From the NCBI RefSeq assembly GCF_009914755.1, contig NC_060925.1: a stretch of DNA of 64,000 nucleotides, one strand, 5' to 3'. The notes beneath the pieces were generated by a model. That model was given only the letters and a program-made list of their open reading frames with translations, was not told the origin of the DNA and ran no database searches. Both the position numbers and the translations under genes were made by a program. The stretch's first letter is position 1. The number at the start of each line of letters is the position of its first letter. Shown here in pieces: positions 55,819 to 64,000 of the stretch. The stretch is from the human T2T-CHM13v2.0 reference genome, Homo sapiens.

Positions 55819-56636
55819 TAGCATTAAAGTTACCATACCTCTAATTTTACAGTAAGTGTCTCATTAATTTAGTTGAAAGGCCATTCCTAAGCCTTTACAA
55901 GCAGTTTTAATTACAAAATATGCATATTCTGATTATTCAATAATATGCAGAACCTCTCCTCTGATTGTTCAATATGTAGAATCTCTTGTCTCTTTTTTAA
56001 TTTGTCCCTCAAACCTAAGTTTTACAAGCCTGTATCCAAGTTTTATAAGCTAGTATCCCAGTTTCTACATAGTCATCTGTCTTGGTAAAATGTTTCAAGG
56101 AGACTTTAATGTTCATAATATGAACTCAATATATTACTATAAAATTTATATTTAATAATTAAATCTATTAAGGAACTTATACTATTGTGTTACTAATGAG
56201 TAATGTAATAGCCACTTTAAAGAGAAAGCCCTGCTTAAAACATAAATAAAAGCCACGTATTACCATATCAATACTTTTGAGCATTTTGTTGGAAGAGTAA
56301 ATCTAGCTAATTTCCGAAATATACCATCTAATCCAGACTGACAAGGAAGAGTATCCTTTTCATTTTTCCTTAAAAGACAAGAAGAAAGAAGAAAGAGAGA
56401 CAGAAAAGAAAGAAAGAAGTCTCTCTTTTGTTACTGCAGTTTTTAAAAGCTATATTGTATATAAAGCTACAGTAAACTAAGCTCCTAACAGGCCAAACCT
56501 TATCTCACTCTAAAACTGTAATTCCTCCTGCCTGTGGCCAAATTTATGGACAATATTAGTAAAAACATAGTACACAGTCGGGCAGGGTGGCTCACGCCTG
56601 TAATCCCAGCACTTTGGGAGGCCGAGAGGCGGATCA

Positions 56637-56909
<273 letters not shown>

Positions 56910-57749
56910 TTAAGTAGTTGAAATTTGTGCCAAGTTTGAGCAACAAATGAGTTGCTCAAAAACATTTTAAGGTGATTACTTGGAAGAATAAACAAACACC
57001 TTCAAACTTTTCAGAATCGCTCATTGTAACTGGTATCCAAATTACAATTTTTTAAATCTATTCACTCCAATCATACAAAGCCCTACAAGCAGTTGTATAT
57101 TTGAAGGCAATTTAAGCTTTCTTTCAATAATTATTCAGACTTTACACGAAGTTAATCGACCTTCTCTGAATGTGTCTAAATTTGGTTAGGTATTTGCAGA
57201 TTAGCCACATCTGTAAACATTTGTATAAGGAGGTGAAACAAATAGATTTTACCATGCTTTCTTATTCCATAAAGTCCATAAAGCATTCTAAATCAAATGT
57301 AGAGTATCACGTCACATCCAGAATAAAAGTAAAAATAATGGATCACAACTTAAAATTACAGTGCTGTCTTTAATTAAAAAACTTGTTCATTTCTCACTGT
57401 GCACAATGTAGCACTAACATGGTCTTCCGAACACTGCTGCTTGGTATAAAACCGAGAAATATTAAAGACCAGGAATAAGGTTATGTGTCCTATGGGTACA
57501 TTTCGGAAAAGAAAATACATCCAACGAGTATGACTCTAGATAGGATTTTGTACACCCTCAACAAGTGACAAAATTCAAAACTAGGTAACCGCCCTCATAA
57601 GGTACTTGAAACTAAAATTTTTGCCACGAAAACATGGCATGTGCAAAAGTTCTCTCTCTGGCCATCACTCCTGCTAAGGACACTGGGAAGGACATGGTCA
57701 ACGTAGCAGTCGATCAAAAAGATTCCAGGGAAACTGCGCAACAGCCTGG

Positions 57750-59130
<1,381 letters not shown>

Positions 59131-60381
59131 CCAGAGTCCCCAGCTGAGGATCTAACCTGTCAGTCTTTTTCCCTCCTCACCCAGGTGGGCAGAGAGGAAG
59201 GAGAAATTTTGTGAGTGGGCATTTCGAGGGATTGCTGAGTTTAGTGAATTGATTTGAGACCTCACCCAATACTTTCACCGAAATGGGGTAACTCATTTTT
59301 CCTGAACTGATGTTCCCCAGTGTTTGATAACTTGAGCTGATTGCTGTTTCTCCAGTGTGGTGGTCCCTGCCAAAAATCTGCCACTTTGGTGGCCGTCACT
59401 GTAACCTCAAGTAGTCTGGCAAATCAGACTGACAAAGTAACCTGAAAAACAAGACTATTAATTAGAGTTTTCGTCTAAATGGACAAAAGGGATGCTGACA
59501 AAGTGAGTGTATAGTGTTAGGTAAGTCATAGGTGAATCAGTTTCCTTAATCTATCCTCTCCCACCCTGCCCCCCCCATTTTAGGACCTAACACTGAGTCA
59601 CAGATGAAGTTTCATGTTAATCCCATGTAAGGCACCTGTGAGGTAAAAATCAGCGGACCTGAGTCACAATGGGATGACATAGTTTGTGGTAGACTATTGA
59701 TACGCGGAGGAGTGGGTTTTCAGCTTAGAGCACGGTGATAGGCTGCAAGTTTACCTGCTGACTCGTGAAGGTACTGACAGATTTGAAGACTTGATTTTGG
59801 AAACTTTATGTTAAAGTTATGTCAGTTATTTTTGGGTGTAGCAACTGAAGACAGTTTAGCCCATATATGTGTTAGTTTTATCTCTTTTAAGATTACAAAG
59901 TTTTTGCAGACAAGGAGCCTATAATATATTTGATAGTAATTTAAGTACTTGGTTTAATTCAGTATTTTTCAGTACCTGGAAGAATGCTTTGTACATGGTA
60001 GGCAAAAAATATGTTACATTGTATTGAGTTCCACAGAGCCTAGTGCAGTTATACAGGCTAACTTTTTTTTAACAAGTAAAGAATTTACCCCTATTTTATT
60101 AAATCTTTAAGGATCTAAACATTTTTCACTCTTCTGCTTTCTTCCACATCATTTGTGACTCTCTACCCCATCTTTTTGATTTTCTGAAGTAATATATTTT
60201 TGTAAAACAACAATGGCAAATATTATTATATTCTGTTGAATTCATTGTATTCTGTCTCAAGAGGAGTTCTGACTGGTATATTTCCTAAGTTTTGGTAAAC
60301 CTAACCACCTGTTTCTAAAGAAACGAATTTCTTGAATTTTTGCTTATGTATTGTTACAAAAATGCATAATCTGTGCCATGA

Positions 60382-60522
<141 letters not shown>

Positions 60523-61449
60523 TAACTTTTTGTTTTTCTCCTTACCTACCAACTTTTTAAATGTTCATTGAATTAAACAATGTAAGTATGTGTAAAGAAA
60601 AGACAAGGGCAGACACGTGAGTACTCAAGAGTACCAGCCACCCATATAACCTTGTAAGATAGGTATTATACCAATTTCATAGAAGAGAAAACTGAAACAC
60701 AGAGAAGCTAAGACAATTCTGTAAGATCACATATGTGACTGAGCCAAAATTCAAACCCAGGTTTGTCTTCTCCAGAGCCCTTTTACTTTCCCCCCAAGTG
60801 CCTCACTATCATTCTCTCATGTCATAACTAGCTACTCAGTAAAATTTGTTCAATGTCAAATGAATGAATATGTTATACTGCCCTGTGTTTAAAATGGATT
60901 AACTTTTCTTCATGGTAAAATCTTGACACAGTGTGATCAGTCTTTTCAGTTTAATACTGTGGTTTATCAAATCTTAAGATGCTATCGACTATAAGAAACA
61001 CCATCATTGTTTTATGTACCACCTAGCAAGGGAAAATGCTGCCAATTTTTTGGTAATTTGTAGTAATATGCCATAATTATATGATGCATCCCAATTTCAA
61101 AGATGTTAAAGTGTTTAAAAAAATTGTCAGAATCAATGTAACATGGAAGTAGGCTACATTTAATAGTTCACTTAAGTTTTAAAAGCTGATTAAAATATTT
61201 TAAAAAGCTGGAGAAGGGATCAAGTCCAGTTATTAATGCTTTGGGTTTTAGTTCCATTTAATTTTCAATTTGCTTTTTTTGATATTAGGAAAGTCTCACA
61301 ATAATAAACAATCATAGCTGTTAAAACTGATAATCCTTGGTTTTTAGTACCCAGATCCTGACTTATTTACCTGTTTCTAATAAGATTATGCTTTATAATG
61401 TGAACTATTGTATTCTAAACTTAGAATAAGTATGTCTGGTTCAAGTTGA

Positions 61450-61849
<400 letters not shown>

Positions 61850-62878
61850 TGAATAATGATGATATAATCAGATTTTCTGGGCCATTTTGGAAAACCATAA
61901 TCTTGAATTTATTTGCAGTAGATTTTATTGTATACCTGGGAAAGCAAAAATGTCTAATTTTAAATCTAGAGTAATTTATAAAAATTATGGAGTTAAGTAA
62001 ATTGGTATAATGAAGACTACTGAGTGCTAGCCTCCGGACCATTATAAAACTATTAAGTAATAGAATGTCTTGAATAGTCTTTTTGGAGTTTATATTAGGC
62101 TCATATTTAAGAACTGCTAATGAGGTACACCATGGCTGCATGAGGTTGTGGCAAGAGCATTGGACCTCAGTGAAGTTACTCACTCATCTTGAGCCTTAGG
62201 CCTTTACCTGTGTTATTTGCCCTGCATAACTCACAGGGCCTCTGAAGAAATGAGATAGTACATTTGAAATCACTTTGTACCCGGTAAAACATGCAAGTGA
62301 GGTTTTTTTTTTCTCATAGCCCTTTACAAGAGATGTGAAGTTCATACAATTTTGCTTAAGTGTATCCTTTTTCTCAAGAAGCTTATGCTATAAATAGAAA
62401 TTGAAAATGTTTACCAATATAAATGACAGATTAAATGGAATCTGCACATAGATTACCTGGACTGTATCAATAGCATACTGTGCCTTCAGTATTACTAGAA
62501 ATAAGAGTATGTCTGTCTTTGAGAGGTTTGAGATACTCAGGGTTTTCTTCCTCTAAAAGGTGCTTTTATACTACATCTAATACTTGGCATATTCCCATCC
62601 CATGCCTCTTAATGAAAGGAGAGTTTAGGGAATTATTAAATGCTTATAAAGTCTAAGAGAAATTATTTAAATGGAGTCACTCTTTGATGGAGGACTGCTT
62701 TAAGTACAAGTTTAAGGTAAAGATAAGCCCTTCTTCCTCATAGAATGATAGACATTCAGTTTAACTTTGATATTCAAAATAGTGCTATAATTGTATATAA
62801 GGCTACCGGTGTGGTCTGACAGAAAATTATGCAAAGATGCCCTTACGAATAAAGACCTAGGCCCGGCATGGTGGCTCA

Positions 62879-63154
<276 letters not shown>

Positions 63155-64000
63155 CTAAACCAAAGGACCACCTTATAAAACAACATAGTAAAAATATCTA
63201 CATCATTTGGTTATCTTGTTATTGGAAGACTTGAAAATGTTGATTAATTCAGAACAGGAATATAGTTTGAAATCTTCTCATTGTTTGAAATTCCATAATT
63301 GAGTTGTTTTCACTTAAAATAGCCGTTAGGTTGTTTAATCAATTCAGGTTATATATACCTACATAACAGTTATTCTCCTATGGCCAGATTCATTTCTTTC
63401 TGGAAATTATGACACTAATTTTATAATCCAAAAATATATTAGGACAAATTCTATTTACTTTTCCAGAAGTTAAATGGGTATTTTTGTTCTACTAGTGTGG
63501 TTTCTAGCTAAACAATCAGATAGTTGTTCTTAAATGCTTACTATTTTATCATGAACATTTGCTTCTCTAGCTGCTGTAGTTAGAGCATTCATTCTCCAGA
63601 TAATTATTGAGCACCTACTTTGGGCCAGTCTCCATGCTTTGATTTGAGGGTGCAGTGGTGAACAAAAGCAGACAAGTGAGGAAGCCTCCTACCAAAGAAG
63701 GGTACTTGATATTTTGTTCTCTCATACCTCTCTCTGGTACCCTGTGTCTTTCAAGTACTTTACTTGGCTATGGGATATGTATATAGTAGCACATGCAGGA
63801 AATGCTTCTTAAATGAAAAGATGGGAACTGAAGTAGTGATTGATGTCTGTAGAGTCAGTTTGATTAAACATAGCTTAGTAAAAGCAGACAAACCAAAAAC
63901 AGATTTTAGGTTTTAATTAAACCTGAAAAGGCTAGAAGTATAGAGAAGAAAAAGAGGAAGGTAGTTGTAATATGTGGAGTAACAGGAACTAAAATTTGCC

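Overview
Human (primate) genomic DNA that I recognise from its proteins as the TOR1AIP2-TOR1AIP1 locus (1q25). The minus strand carries the whole TOR1AIP2 gene: three 5'-UTR exons, four coding exons that join into a 470-aa LULL1 ORF, and a ~6.1 kb Alu/L1-rich 3'UTR ending at tandem AATAAA signals near 15730. The same gene also encodes an unrelated, intronless 131-aa protein, IFRG15 (40530-40925). The paralog TOR1AIP1 (LAP1) starts divergently on the plus strand, with exons 1-2 inside the window. The rest is mostly Alu, L1, MIR, hAT MITEs and LTRs, including a solo LTR12C. The most unusual signal is at 150-4410 on the minus strand: three exon-like pieces that, after repairing frameshifts, read as a Kozak ATG, a signal peptide and an activin/inhibin-beta-like TGF-beta prodomain. 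This is a candidate decayed (unitary) TGF-beta-family pseudogene that I do not recognise as annotated. It rests on by-eye comparison with remembered sequences and needs a homology search. Other observations include uORF-dense leaders, nested out-of-frame ORFs before the LAP1C start, a templated insertion inside an Alu and several perfect tandem duplications. Repeat boundaries are approximate.
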